A DNA stretch of 64,000 nt from a virus. Lineage: Duplodnaviria > Caudoviricetes. How positions within the stretch are numbered: position 1 is the first letter of the stretch; every line of letters starts with the position of its first letter. The notes below the pieces were generated by a model that made no database searches, was not told the DNA's origin, and saw nothing but the letters and a program-made list of their open reading frames with translations. The stretch spans positions 26,206 to 90,205 of the IMG/VR virus record IMGVR_UViG_3300032280_000786; one strand, written 5' to 3'. Positions 29,803 through 39,670 of this stretch are shown here, in pieces. A program made the position numbers and the translations under genes.

Positions 29803-30031
29803 CTTCTAGTATTATTTTTTTAATTTTTAATATTGATTTTTGAACTATCTCTGGTGCAAAAACCATGAAACTACCATCTTCACAAGTTAGGTCAAAACTA
29901 CCATTGGTATAAAAACCTTTTGCTACTTTGATTATACTTTCATAATCTTCTTTAGTTACAATGAATTTTCTACCACTGAATTCTCCGAACTCATTAGTGA
30001 TAACCATTTGTATTTCTATTTTAGATCCCAT
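29795..30031 (-). CDS. Hypothetical protein
   Basis: 78-aa ORF coupled to the YkuK-like gene. Confidence 0.55.
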   Translation of the reverse strand: MGSKIEIQMVITNEFGEFSGRKFIVTKEDYESIIKVAKGFYTNGSFDLTCEDGSFMVFAPEIVQKSILKIKKIILEDV

Positions 30032-30068
30032 ATGATTATATATAGAAATCTTTATTAGTTGTTAAACA

Positions 30069-30097
30069 AAAAAGGAGTATCAGTTACGATACCCCTT
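30069..30097 (-). terminator. Intrinsic terminator after the AAA ATPase
   Basis: On the minus strand: ggggtatc-gtaact-gatactcc-tttttt. Confidence 0.75.
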
Positions 30098-30117
30098 AAT
30101 TCAACTCACTCACACTA

Positions 30118-31266
30118 TTACTTAGTACTACCAGGCTTGTTGATTTTCTTGATAGTTACTAACAAATCTTGAAACTTCAACAAGAAACGTTTAAGTTTTG
30201 GATTTGTAACATCTGCGATATTATCCAAGATGTGTAACAAGTATGCAGTTTTTTCATCATCACCTACTTGGTTCAAGAACTTCTCACAGTTGTCAAGTTG
30301 CTTGTCGGATAACTTAGTGATGTCCATTTCTTTCAAACTTTGGATAAGTTCAGAATTTTTATCACGGTTATATTTCTTCAAGTCTTCCTTAACTTTATCA
30401 AAGTTATTAAGTACGTCCATAATGTTGATGTTCATCATATCTTCACAATAAGTGACAAACTTCATTGCTGAGTTTCCGATGTAACCAGCGGCTACTTCTT
30501 TCAACAAAGGTAGAAACTCTCTTGGAGAAGAATTCATACCGTAGTTTGCTACGATGAACTCAGACATCATAGTCCAAGAACGTGGGGTTGCATAACCTTT
30601 TGCATTGTCACTTGTTTTGTACATATGCTCAGGGTGTGTGTTGATGTAAGACACAATCATTGGGTGTACATTCTCTGTAGCGAAATCGTCAACCCACTCT
30701 TTTACATCTAAAGTGTGGTTAATGTGTACTAAACGGTTGTTTAGAGCACTATCAAACTCTTCTACGTCTGTACCATCTTCGTCACCTAAGTTACCAGAAG
30801 ACATCATAAGAACGTTATCATTGAATTTGAAATCTGTACCGATTTGACGCTCCAACAGGATTTGAAGTGCTGCGTTACGAACTTGTTGAGAAGCTCTATT
30901 CAACTCTTCAAAGTGAATGATTGTTGGTTGTTTGTTAGCTTCAATAGCCCAACGAGGAACTACGAAATCTAAACATTTTACGGTTCTAGTACCATTCTCG
31001 TCTGTTACGTCGATTTCTGATACATTTGGATAAAGACCTACGTCAGTTTCATCAACCATAGATAAACGAATATCCATATATCTAAAGCCCATTTTGTCTG
31101 CGATTGAGCGACCAATCGCTGATTTTGCGATACCTGGTTTAGAGGTAATATTAAGAACTCCGTACTTTGCCCACATAATGGCCATATACTTTCTTTCTTT
31201 TAAAGTTAGTGTAGCTAACTTCTCAACCATTGCCTCGGGCATCAACTTTGAATTTTTCTCTGTCAT
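30118..31266 (-). CDS. MoxR-like AAA+ ATPase
   Basis: Walker A SKPGIAKS, Walker B IIHFEELNRA, sensor GN, R-finger LNNRLVH and TPRSW. Confidence 0.85.
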   Translation of the reverse strand: MTEKNSKLMPEAMVEKLATLTLKERKYMAIMWAKYGVLNITSKPGIAKSAIGRSIADKMGFRYMDIRLSMVDETDVGLYPNVSEIDVTDENGTRTVKCLDFVVPRWAIEANKQPTIIHFEELNRASQQVRNAALQILLERQIGTDFKFNDNVLMMSSGNLGDEDGTDVEEFDSALNNRLVHINHTLDVKEWVDDFATENVHPMIVSYINTHPEHMYKTSDNAKGYATPRSWTMMSEFIVANYGMNSSPREFLPLLKEVAAGYIGNSAMKFVTYCEDMMNINIMDVLNNFDKVKEDLKKYNRDKNSELIQSLKEMDITKLSDKQLDNCEKFLNQVGDDEKTAYLLHILDNIADVTNPKLKRFLLKFQDLLVTIKKINKPGSTK

Positions 31267-31352
31267 ATTGAATTATTTATTTTTTTATTATTATTGTACA
31301 AATGTATAACTTTTTTTTGAATAAAAAAGCATTTTGTTAAAATTTTTATTTT

Positions 31353-31877
31353 TTATTGGATTTCGTATTTAATGAAATGTTCGTCAAATTTACCATAAAT
31401 TTCTTCTGCAAAAAGATTTCTTGACTTTAGTGTACCAATACCATTATCAGTAACAATCCAAATAATTGGTTTGATTTTACTAATATAATCCGCAATACCC
31501 TCTGGAACTTCAGCATCTTTGTATTCTTTAGCCATATCATCAATCTTAACATAGTAGTTATTACCAGTAGTACAAACATTTACATCTTTAATACAAGTGT
31601 AAAGTTGCCACTTACCAGGAAACATTTCTAATTCTAAATTGATTAGATAATCATCTTGAATTTGTAGTTCTTGTCTATAGTCTTGTAATTGAGCACGGTA
31701 TTCGACCATTCTCTCTTTATTTTCGGGAATAGTGAAGTCAATATCGGAGTCAAGAAGTTTATTCAAAACATCTTGTTTAGCACTTTCAGATTGTGCTTCG
31801 TTAAATTCTTTTTCAAATATGTCAAGAGTATAACTTTCGTTATACTCTACACCAGTTATTTCTTTAGTATCGTTCAT
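31353..31877 (-). CDS. Hypothetical protein
   Basis: 174-aa ORF. Confidence 0.55.
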   Translation of the reverse strand: MNDTKEITGVEYNESYTLDIFEKEFNEAQSESAKQDVLNKLLDSDIDFTIPENKERMVEYRAQLQDYRQELQIQDDYLINLELEMFPGKWQLYTCIKDVNVCTTGNNYYVKIDDMAKEYKDAEVPEGIADYISKIKPIIWIVTDNGIGTLKSRNLFAEEIYGKFDEHFIKYEIQ

Positions 31878-31879
31878 TA

Positions 31880-32503
31880 TTATCCTTTGATTACTTCTAC
31901 GTTTTTAAGAGCAACTACTGGTTTAGTAGCGTCCATCATTTCAGCAACACTATCTCCTAATTTAGAGAAGTTATCGATTGTACCTTTAGCCACAGAGTAA
32001 GTAGTAACGGCTTTGATGATTTTTTCTTTGTCTCTTTCAGAGATTTCAGCACTTTCTTCGATCAAACGAGAAAGAACTTCACCATATTTTTCAATCATTT
32101 CGTTATCAAAAGCGAAAGTTGTTTTCTCTTCAACGATGTCCTCACCGTACATTTCTTGTAACTCGGTAGCACGATCTTCGTTGATAGAAATATAACGATC
32201 AGTCGGTACAAACATAAATTGTGCCGTGTCGTCTAAGTCATTTACAGACTCTAACATAACAGAACCTGGGTTTTTACCAGTTCTATCATATAATTTAGCC
32301 CACTCATTTTGAGCTAAGTCTTTCAACTCGTCTGCAATCATATCGGCCTTAGCTTTATCTCTCTTCATGTTGTCTTGAAGTTGAGATAATCTAGCTACAT
32401 TACCGAAGAAGTCTTGGTTATCAACTGTAATTCTTACTTTTGTATCTTTTGCAGCTGCTTTTACTGGTGCTGCTTTCTTCGCTTTTGTAAATAAATTAGA
32501 CAT
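31880..32503 (-). CDS. Hypothetical protein, probably highly expressed early
   Basis: 207 aa with a TATCTTTG promoter at 32543 and frequent C-ending codons. Confidence 0.6.
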   Translation of the reverse strand: MSNLFTKAKKAAPVKAAAKDTKVRITVDNQDFFGNVARLSQLQDNMKRDKAKADMIADELKDLAQNEWAKLYDRTGKNPGSVMLESVNDLDDTAQFMFVPTDRYISINEDRATELQEMYGEDIVEEKTTFAFDNEMIEKYGEVLSRLIEESAEISERDKEKIIKAVTTYSVAKGTIDNFSKLGDSVAEMMDATKPVVALKNVEVIKG

Positions 32504-32697
32504 AGTGTATATTTTTTAGTGAGTGAGTTATTATTTCTTCTACAAAGATAAGGAATATTTTTAATTATACAAACTTTATTTTAATTTATTTTTAAAGTCT
32601 TTTGAGTAATTAAATATGTTCCTCATTTGTTTTACAAAGATACAAAAATTATTTGATAAAACAATAAAGGGACACATATATTTTTAATATATATAAT

Positions 32698-33618
32698 ATG
32701 AAAGAAATTAAAAAGTGTAAGTGGTGTAATAAAGAGATAGTTGAACTAAGATCAGATGCTATATTTTGTAGAAGGCTTGTAAAAATATTTACAGAAGATC
32801 TGAAAAAAATAAAAGAGTTAAGAATGAGAGTTTGTAATGTATGTGAAATTGAAAAAGAAATGACTGAATATAATCTTACTAAGGAAGGTAAGTATAAATA
32901 CAAATGTTGTAAGTCTTGTTATTCTATTAAAAGAAAGGTAGGTAGTAAAATTTACTATGAAGAAAACAAAGATATACTAAATGAGAAAAGTAGAAAATAC
33001 TATCAGGAAAATAAAGAAGTTATCTATGAAAAATATAAGTTATATCTTACTAATAATAAAGATAAGATAAATGAATATATCAAAGATTGGAGGGAAGAGA
33101 ATAAAGAAATTATAAAAGAAAAGAGTTTGAAATATAGAGAAGAAAATAAAGATACTTTAATAGAGAGTAAAAAATTATATTATCAAAATCTATCAACTGA
33201 TGAGAAAGAAAAGTTGAAAGAACAAAAGAGAATAAACTATAATAATAATTTAGAAGAGAATAGAATAAAAAAGAATAACTATATCAAACAAAAAATGAAT
33301 GATCCATTATTCAAATTATGTTTTAATACACGAACTCTTATCAGAAACTCTATTAAAAGACAATTCACTAAAAAATCTAAAAAAACACAAGAAATACTTG
33401 GATGTTCGTTTGAAGAGTTTAAGATATATTTAGAAGAACAATTTGATGAAAATATGAACTGGGATAACCAAGGTTCGTATTGGCACATGGATCATAAAAA
33501 ACCTATATCATTGGCAATGACTGAAGAAGAAGTTTATAAATTAAATCATTATACCAATTTTCAACCACTTTATTGGGAGGATAATTTAAGTAAAGGAAAT
33601 AAATATAATTTTATTTAA
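32698..33618 (+). mobile_element. Free-standing HNH homing endonuclease
   Basis: CNVC...CCKSC zinc finger, K/E/Y-rich helical repeats, and WHMDHKKP...LNHYTNFQPLY.EDN..K. Confidence 0.85.
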
Positions 33619-33629
33619 TATATACTTTA

Positions 33630-34493
33630 ATGAAATATATTAAAACATACGAAGGTTTATTCGACTACTTCAAAAAAGAAAGTAAAGATAAACGCACTAA
33701 GACTAAACAGATTAAACAAGGTCTTACTAAACTAATAAATGATTATAAGTTAAGAATTGATAATAATTGGTCTCGTACTTTAATTCCTATCAGTGGTAAA
33801 GGAAATACACAACTTAATACAAATGATGGTAAAATTTGGATAAACATAAATGATGATTTTACAGTAGATGTTGCAGGTAATGTTGCTATGCGTTTTGGCT
33901 ATGACAAAGATTTACCTTGTAAGTTTAATAGAATAAATGGTAATTTCTTTATTGAGTTAAGTTTTTCTATCGATGATTTTATTGATAAATTTCCTGAAAG
34001 GGTTGAGGGTAAACTAAGTATAACTAATTGTGGATTGGATTCACTAAAAAATCTACCAACAAAATATGTTGGTAAAGACTTTGATTGTAGTTCTAATAAT
34101 TTAGAAACACTTGAAGGATTACCAGAACATATTGGTATTGAAATTAACGCAGAGTCAAATGATATTTATGCATTTGATGGTTTAGAAAATTATGGAATTA
34201 CTATTCATACATATCTTAACCCAATCATAAACGTTAAATTTTATGATAAAATTAGTAATGATTATATCAATTTAGAAACACTTATTTTAAGTACTAGTAT
34301 TCATAACCGTCATGATTTAAAAGATAGAGATTCAAATCTTGATATATATAAAGCGTGTGATCCAATTCATCCACCTTTAAAGAAAGGAGATAAACCTATC
34401 ATCTATCTTAATAGAATGGAAGCATTTGCTAGTGAACTAGATATAGAATTTAAGGTAACTGATCTTTTAAAACGATACTATGATGTAAGATAA
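33630..34493 (+). CDS. Leucine-rich-repeat-like protein with MKYIKTYE leader
   Basis: LDSLKNLPTKYVGKDFDCSSNNLETLEGLPEHIG matches phage LRR-type repeats. Confidence 0.6.
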   Translation: MKYIKTYEGLFDYFKKESKDKRTKTKQIKQGLTKLINDYKLRIDNNWSRTLIPISGKGNTQLNTNDGKIWININDDFTVDVAGNVAMRFGYDKDLPCKFNRINGNFFIELSFSIDDFIDKFPERVEGKLSITNCGLDSLKNLPTKYVGKDFDCSSNNLETLEGLPEHIGIEINAESNDIYAFDGLENYGITIHTYLNPIINVKFYDKISNDYINLETLILSTSIHNRHDLKDRDSNLDIYKACDPIHPPLKKGDKPIIYLNRMEAFASELDIEFKVTDLLKRYYDVR

Positions 34494-34985
34494 TTATAGG
34501 AGAACATCTAACGCTCTTTCTACATCAACGAAACCTACTTGTGGATTTACTTTAATAACTTTCCAATCTGGAATTATATCAACTATATCAGAAATTTGAT
34601 CATCAATAACTAAATACTTTGTAAAATGATTACTATTTAACCAATCTTGTATTTCTAAACCTCTGTGTCCTATTGGGATTGGACTACCATCTTTTAAATG
34701 TCCTAATCCGGTTTTACCAATAACTTCACCGATAACACCTCTATCTTTAAAGATTTTTTGAAGTTCTTCTAATGATAGATGTATTCTCCAGTTTGAAGTA
34801 ACAACAATCTTAGCGTTGGTTAAAAAGATAACTTCATTTAGATTATCAACTAATTCTTTATCAAATAAACGATTGACACCACGATATACGGGTGCTACAA
34901 GTTTTTTAGACCAATCTAAATCACTTTTATGAGTTCTTAAAACTCCGTCTATATCTAAAAAGATTATTTTTGTTGTGAAGATCAT
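34494..34985 (-). CDS. HAD phosphatase, Swiss-Army-knife RNA-repair type (HAD_SAK_2-like)
   Basis: IIFLDIDGVL, KIVVTSNWR, RGLEIQDWL and YLVIDD. Confidence 0.8.
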   Translation of the reverse strand: MIFTTKIIFLDIDGVLRTHKSDLDWSKKLVAPVYRGVNRLFDKELVDNLNEVIFLTNAKIVVTSNWRIHLSLEELQKIFKDRGVIGEVIGKTGLGHLKDGSPIPIGHRGLEIQDWLNSNHFTKYLVIDDQISDIVDIIPDWKVIKVNPQVGFVDVERALDVLL

Positions 34986-35057
34986 TTTATTTTTTACAAA
35001 TATACAAAAAAGTATGATAAGATTTAATATATAGTATAATAAAAATAAAATACCTAC

Positions 35058-36218
35058 ATGAGAAATCTGTATAAATTCATAGATTTTATAAAAGAAGAAC
35101 TTAGAATTGATAAAATGAATTCTGAAGATTTGGAAAGAATAAAGATTGATTTATTAAAAAGAATTGATGAATATAAAGTTTTCATATTAAATAATATAGA
35201 ATACGACCTTAAAACTAATAAAATTGTTTATAAAGGATTTGAAGAAATAAATGTTGATTTAATAGTAACTGAATTAAATAATGAATTTGGTGCTGAAGTT
35301 ATACAAGATTTAAACATTGAAACCTTACTTCTAAAAGTAGAACAACTTTTAGAACTTAAAAGAAGAGATACTAAAAAAAATATCAGAAAACAGTTTGATG
35401 ATTTTGCCAAAACAATTGATAATAGAATATCTGTTATTAAAACTGGTGAAGAAGCTCAACACTTTGATGAATTTGAAGGAGAAAGTTCTCTTATTAAAAG
35501 AAAAGAATTTGAGGCAGAGAAATATCATATACAAGTAGAACTTTTAAAACTTCAAGAATGGGTAATAGCTAATAAAAAAAGAGTTGCCATAGTTTTTGAA
35601 GGAAGAGATTCTGCAGGAAAAGGATCTACAATCAAAAGATTTATTGAATATCTTAATCCAAAGGGATTTAGAGTAGTTGCTTTAGGAGTTCCAACACCAG
35701 AAGAGAAAGAAAATTGGTTTGCAAGATATGAAGCTCAGATGCCAAAAGAAGGAGAAATTGTTTTCTTTGATAGATCTTGGTATAATAGAGCGGTGGTAGA
35801 ACCAGCAATGGGATATTGTACTGAAGAACAATATAAAGATTTTATGGAAAATGTTGTCAAGTGGGAAGAAAAGATGATAAGAAAACAAGATCTTTATTTA
35901 GTAAAATTATGGTTTTCTATAACAAAAGAAAAACAATTAAAACGTTTTGATTTAAGACAACAAAGCCCTTTAAAATATTGGAAGTTTTCTCCTAATGATG
36001 CAAAGGTTGTAGATAAATGGGATGTAATAGGTGAATATAAAAATCAAATGTTTACTGTAACTTCAAGTAGAACAACACCTTGGGTAATAATAAACTCTAA
36101 TGATAAGAAGATAGGAATGCTCAATGCAATGAGATATGTACTTTCTAAAATACCCTATGATGGTAAAAATAGAAAAATAAGTGAATACTATCCAGAAGTA
36201 GTAAGTGTATTAACATAA
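35058..36218 (+). CDS. ppk2: Polyphosphate kinase 2 with a ~130-aa N-terminal extension
   Basis: IVFEGRDSAGKGSTIKRF, FRVVALGVPTPEE, FDRSWYNRAVVEPAMGYC and WKFSPND. Confidence 0.95.
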   Translation: MRNLYKFIDFIKEELRIDKMNSEDLERIKIDLLKRIDEYKVFILNNIEYDLKTNKIVYKGFEEINVDLIVTELNNEFGAEVIQDLNIETLLLKVEQLLELKRRDTKKNIRKQFDDFAKTIDNRISVIKTGEEAQHFDEFEGESSLIKRKEFEAEKYHIQVELLKLQEWVIANKKRVAIVFEGRDSAGKGSTIKRFIEYLNPKGFRVVALGVPTPEEKENWFARYEAQMPKEGEIVFFDRSWYNRAVVEPAMGYCTEEQYKDFMENVVKWEEKMIRKQDLYLVKLWFSITKEKQLKRFDLRQQSPLKYWKFSPNDAKVVDKWDVIGEYKNQMFTVTSSRTTPWVIINSNDKKIGMLNAMRYVLSKIPYDGKNRKISEYYPEVVSVLT

Positions 36219-36245
36219 AAAAACTCTTTATATAAAGAGTTTTTT
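36217..36245. terminator. Bidirectional intrinsic terminator
   Basis: aaaaaaactcttta-ta-taaagagtttttt. Confidence 0.7.
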
Positions 36246-36250
36246 ATTTA

Positions 36251-36529
36251 CTAGTAATCATCATTATCAAAAGAGTCGTCTGACCAACCATCATCATCCC
36301 AATCATCATCTTCTTCACCATGTTCTAAATCTTCAAATATGTCATTTTCTTCAAAAAGATCAATTAGTTGTTCAACTTCAGTTTCGTCTAAGTCAATGTC
36401 TTCAATTTTTAACATATCTCCGTTTAGGTCATACTCAATTTTTCCTTCGTTTTTAAGTGATTTTAGTTTCGCTAAAACACCTTTTCTGTCGATACATTCA
36501 TCCATGTTCCACCATTTTTCTAGTTCCAT
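36251..36529 (-). CDS. Small acidic hypothetical protein
   Basis: 92 aa with a D/E-rich tail. Confidence 0.55.
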   Translation of the reverse strand: MELEKWWNMDECIDRKGVLAKLKSLKNEGKIEYDLNGDMLKIEDIDLDETEVEQLIDLFEENDIFEDLEHGEEDDDWDDDGWSDDSFDNDDY

Positions 36530-36547
36530 AATATATAATTATTTTTT

Positions 36548-36733
36548 TTAAAATTTTTTAATAACATCCTTACCTCTTTTTTCCATATCATTTCTAATGA
36601 GGTTTTCAATATATTTAGACTTATTAGAGATTTCATTATCGTCTAAATATTTTTCAAATAATTCTACAACTTTTTCATCAATTGTAAGTGTCATTTTCTC
36701 TTTTTTCTTATCATCTGGTATTCTATGTCTCAT
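36548..36733 (-). CDS. Ribbon-helix-helix DNA-binding protein
   Basis: KMTLTIDEKVVELFEKYLDDNEISNKSKYIENLI gives the beta-strand plus two helices of the RHH/CopG pattern. Confidence 0.7.
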   Translation of the reverse strand: MRHRIPDDKKKEKMTLTIDEKVVELFEKYLDDNEISNKSKYIENLIRNDMEKRGKDVIKKF

Positions 36734-36843
36734 AACTTATAAAGTTTTTTATTTTTTTATAAAAAAATACTAAAAAAACACAAAAATAATACTTTTTGAC
36801 TTTTTTTATTTAATATATATATTATAAAAAATTAGTAAATTAT

Positions 36844-37005
36844 ATGAAAAAGAAAAGTAAAGTTGTTTTATCGGTATCAGTTGATAGACAATTATCGGAT
36901 TTAATGAAAGAAAATATATCAAATAAGTCTAAATATATTGAATGGTTGATATATCAAGATATGAAGAATAATAATGTAAATGGAATAGAAAAAATAATAA
37001 TATAA
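36844..37005 (+). CDS. Second ribbon-helix-helix protein, divergent paralogue (53 aa, not in the ORF track)
   Basis: MKKKSKVVLSVSVDRQLSDLMKENISNKSKYIEWLIYQDM shares ISNKSKYIE.LI with 36548..36733. Its stop abuts the HNH ATG. Confidence 0.7.
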   Translation: MKKKSKVVLSVSVDRQLSDLMKENISNKSKYIEWLIYQDMKNNNVNGIEKIII

Positions 37006-37713
37006 ATGAAAATCTGTAATACTTGTAGTGAATTAAAAGACATAGAATTGTTCTTTAGAAATAAAAATACTAAAGATGGTAGACATTCATCATGTAAAGA
37101 TTGTCAAAATAAATCTAAAAATTATGATAAGATAAAAAGAAAAGAGTATTATGATAATACTAAACATAGAGACAATGAAAAAATAAAAATGAGACGTAGA
37201 AATTATTATTTGAATAACAAAGAAAAAGAAAATAAACTATCTGTGGAGTATAAAGAAAAAAACAGAGAAAATATAAATAAATATGCTATAGATTATTATT
37301 ATACTAATAAAGATACAGAGAAATATAAAGAAACTAAAAGAAATTACTATAAAAATAGATTAGATAATGATACTTTGTATAAAATTAGACATTATTTAAC
37401 TTGTATGTTAGGAACTTACTTTAGAAATGGTGGATTTACAAAGAAGACTAGAACATATGAAATATTAGGATGTTCATTTGAAGAGTTCAAATTACACCTA
37501 GAAAGTAAGTTTGAACCTTGGATGAATTGGGAAAATAGAGGTTTATATAATGGTGAAGTAAATTATGGATGGGACCTAGATCATATTATACCAATTTCCT
37601 CGGCCGAAACCGAGGAAGATATAATTAAACTAAACCACTATACTAATTTAAGACCTTTGTGTAGTTATGTAAACAGAGTAATCAAGAAGGACAAACTAGG
37701 TTTCTCTTTTTAA
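37006..37713 (+). mobile_element. Free-standing HNH homing endonuclease
   Basis: CNTC...CKDC and WDLDHIIP...LNHYTNLRPLCSYVN. Confidence 0.85.
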
Positions 37714-38442
37714 AATTCTTGAAATTTCAGTTTCTGGTAATCTCGGCAAATCTTTATCTGCTGAGTACTTTGTCGCAATCCAAAATTTCTCTCCTTCTTC
37801 CATATAAGTCACATCCATAAAATCTCCATCAACTTTTACTTTTAGTGTAGTATCTGTGATTTGTAATGGTATAACCTCAGCTTTTGGATCAGAATTGTAA
37901 TTTTCAATTTTTCTAACAAATTTCCAATTATCTCTTTTATAAAATTCTTGTGCCAAAAGTTGTAAAAATTTTGAACTTTTTTTCATTACTTCATTCTTTC
38001 TAATCCCAAATACATCTTTGAAATTAAATCCTAAGGTAACGTGAAAATCATGATTATTAAGTTCATATCTTTTTCTAACTGCATCAAGCTTATCTGAATT
38101 ACAGACAATAAAGAAAGCTCTATTCTCATTACGAGTAGCTGTTCCAATTCCCATAAACTTTAAGTCGTCTATTGGATATTTAAAAATAGTATCTAAAGAA
38201 GAAACAAATTTATCAATTCCTACTTCTTTACATATTTTATTATAATCAGCAACATTTATTACCGTTATATGGTACTCACCACTATCTCTTCTTTGTTGGT
38301 TCTCTGTAAATACATTGTAGTCTTCTTCACCTAATACCTCTTTTAACTCATTTAGGTACAATTGTAGAGACCCATTTGGTATTTTGATACCAAGATAGTT
38401 GTTACCGATTGTGTCACGAAGATGTGTTATATAGTGTGTCAT
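37696..38442 (-). CDS. 2H phosphoesterase (Swiss-Army-knife RNA-repair type)
   Basis: Two HxT motifs, YHITVI and FHVTLGF. Confidence 0.75.
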   Translation of the reverse strand: MTHYITHLRDTIGNNYLGIKIPNGSLQLYLNELKEVLGEEDYNVFTENQQRRDSGEYHITVINVADYNKICKEVGIDKFVSSLDTIFKYPIDDLKFMGIGTATRNENRAFFIVCNSDKLDAVRKRYELNNHDFHVTLGFNFKDVFGIRKNEVMKKSSKFLQLLAQEFYKRDNWKFVRKIENYNSDPKAEVIPLQITDTTLKVKVDGDFMDVTYMEEGEKFWIATKYSADKDLPRLPETEISRILKRET

Positions 38443-38476
38443 ATTTATAATTTTATGTAATTCATCTAAGACTTTT

Positions 38477-39655
38477 TTATAATAGTTTCTTAAAGTTTTC
38501 TACTTCTAATTCTTTAATTTTAATTCCAAGATCACGGCCAGTAATACCTTTAGCCATCAATTCTTCTGCTGATGTACTTGGTTTGTATTCTAAGAACTTA
38601 ATCTTAACTGGATCATTGATAGAACTAACCTTAATCCACTCTAATATAGTTGTATCAGTAATGAAACATTGCTCTTTCTTTTTAAACATTTCAAAGGCTG
38701 TCTCTGGTGTCAAAGTGTTGAAAGATAATAAGAAAATTACTTTCTTAGCTATATCACCTTCTATTTTATAATCTTGAACTAGTTTAGTTTCTAATCTGTT
38801 TAAAGGTTCATTTTTAAATAAGTTAGCAATCACTACAACAAAGTCAGAAGATTTCACCAAGTCAGTGTTTATATTAGCACCAGGAAAAACTTGTTCCCAC
38901 ATATCGAACTTAGTAAAGAAGTTCAAGTAGAAGTTGAAATCTTTAGCTTGTTTCCAAGCTTTCTTAATTTCTTCCCATATTCTTTCTTGAGAAATTCTTT
39001 TCATTTCACCAGTTTCTAGGTCAATGTTTTCTAATTGTTTTCTTTTCGCAATCGCTGCTTCAGTATCTTTATGTAATGGATGTTCGTATCTTGAAGCAAA
39101 TCTAAATGCTCTCAAAATTCTTAAACTATCTTCGTCAAATCTTTCAATAGGATCACCTACCATTCTTGTTATACCAGCTTCTAAGTCACCTTTACCACCA
39201 ACTAAATCAACTATCTCTCTTTTATCAAGATCATAGAATAAAGAGTTGTATGTTAAATCTCTTCGTTTAACATCATCTTCAATTGTTACTCCTAATTTAA
39301 CTTCTGGGTTTCTACCTTTAGAGGTATCTTCTCTAAAAGTTGCGATTTCCATTCCTTCTGGAACTTCTTTAGTGAAAACAACTACAACACCAAATGCCTT
39401 ACCTTGTAAGTTAGTTCTGTATGTTTTACTAACAATGTCAATAACTTCATCAGGAAGTGCATCAGTTGCTAAGTCAAAGTCTTTTGGTTTATCTCCAGTT
39501 AAAAAATCACGCACTGATCCACCAACAAGGTAAAGTTTCTTACCGTGTTCTTTGAATAGTTCGTTAAGATCTTTTACTGATTGAGGAATTATATCCCACA
39601 TATCTTTTGTTTGTATTGATTCCAAGAATTTATTATATTTAGTAATTAGTTTCAC
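38477..39655 (-). CDS. cca: CCA-adding tRNA nucleotidyltransferase (class II)
   Basis: YLVGGSVRD..KDFDLAT, EIATFRED, DVKRRDLTYNSL and RFDEDSLRILRAFRFA. GTG start. CCA addition versus poly(A) polymerase activity cannot be fully settled by eye. Confidence 0.85.
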   Translation of the reverse strand: MKLITKYNKFLESIQTKDMWDIIPQSVKDLNELFKEHGKKLYLVGGSVRDFLTGDKPKDFDLATDALPDEVIDIVSKTYRTNLQGKAFGVVVVFTKEVPEGMEIATFREDTSKGRNPEVKLGVTIEDDVKRRDLTYNSLFYDLDKREIVDLVGGKGDLEAGITRMVGDPIERFDEDSLRILRAFRFASRYEHPLHKDTEAAIAKRKQLENIDLETGEMKRISQERIWEEIKKAWKQAKDFNFYLNFFTKFDMWEQVFPGANINTDLVKSSDFVVVIANLFKNEPLNRLETKLVQDYKIEGDIAKKVIFLLSFNTLTPETAFEMFKKKEQCFITDTTILEWIKVSSINDPVKIKFLEYKPSTSAEELMAKGITGRDLGIKIKELEVENFKKLL

Positions 39656-39670
39656 AAAGATACATTATTT

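Noticed and set aside
39654-39661. TATCTTTG as an early promoter for the CCA gene
   Set aside because: It overlaps the GTG start itself. The gene is more simply explained as co-transcribed from the upstream gene at 40453.
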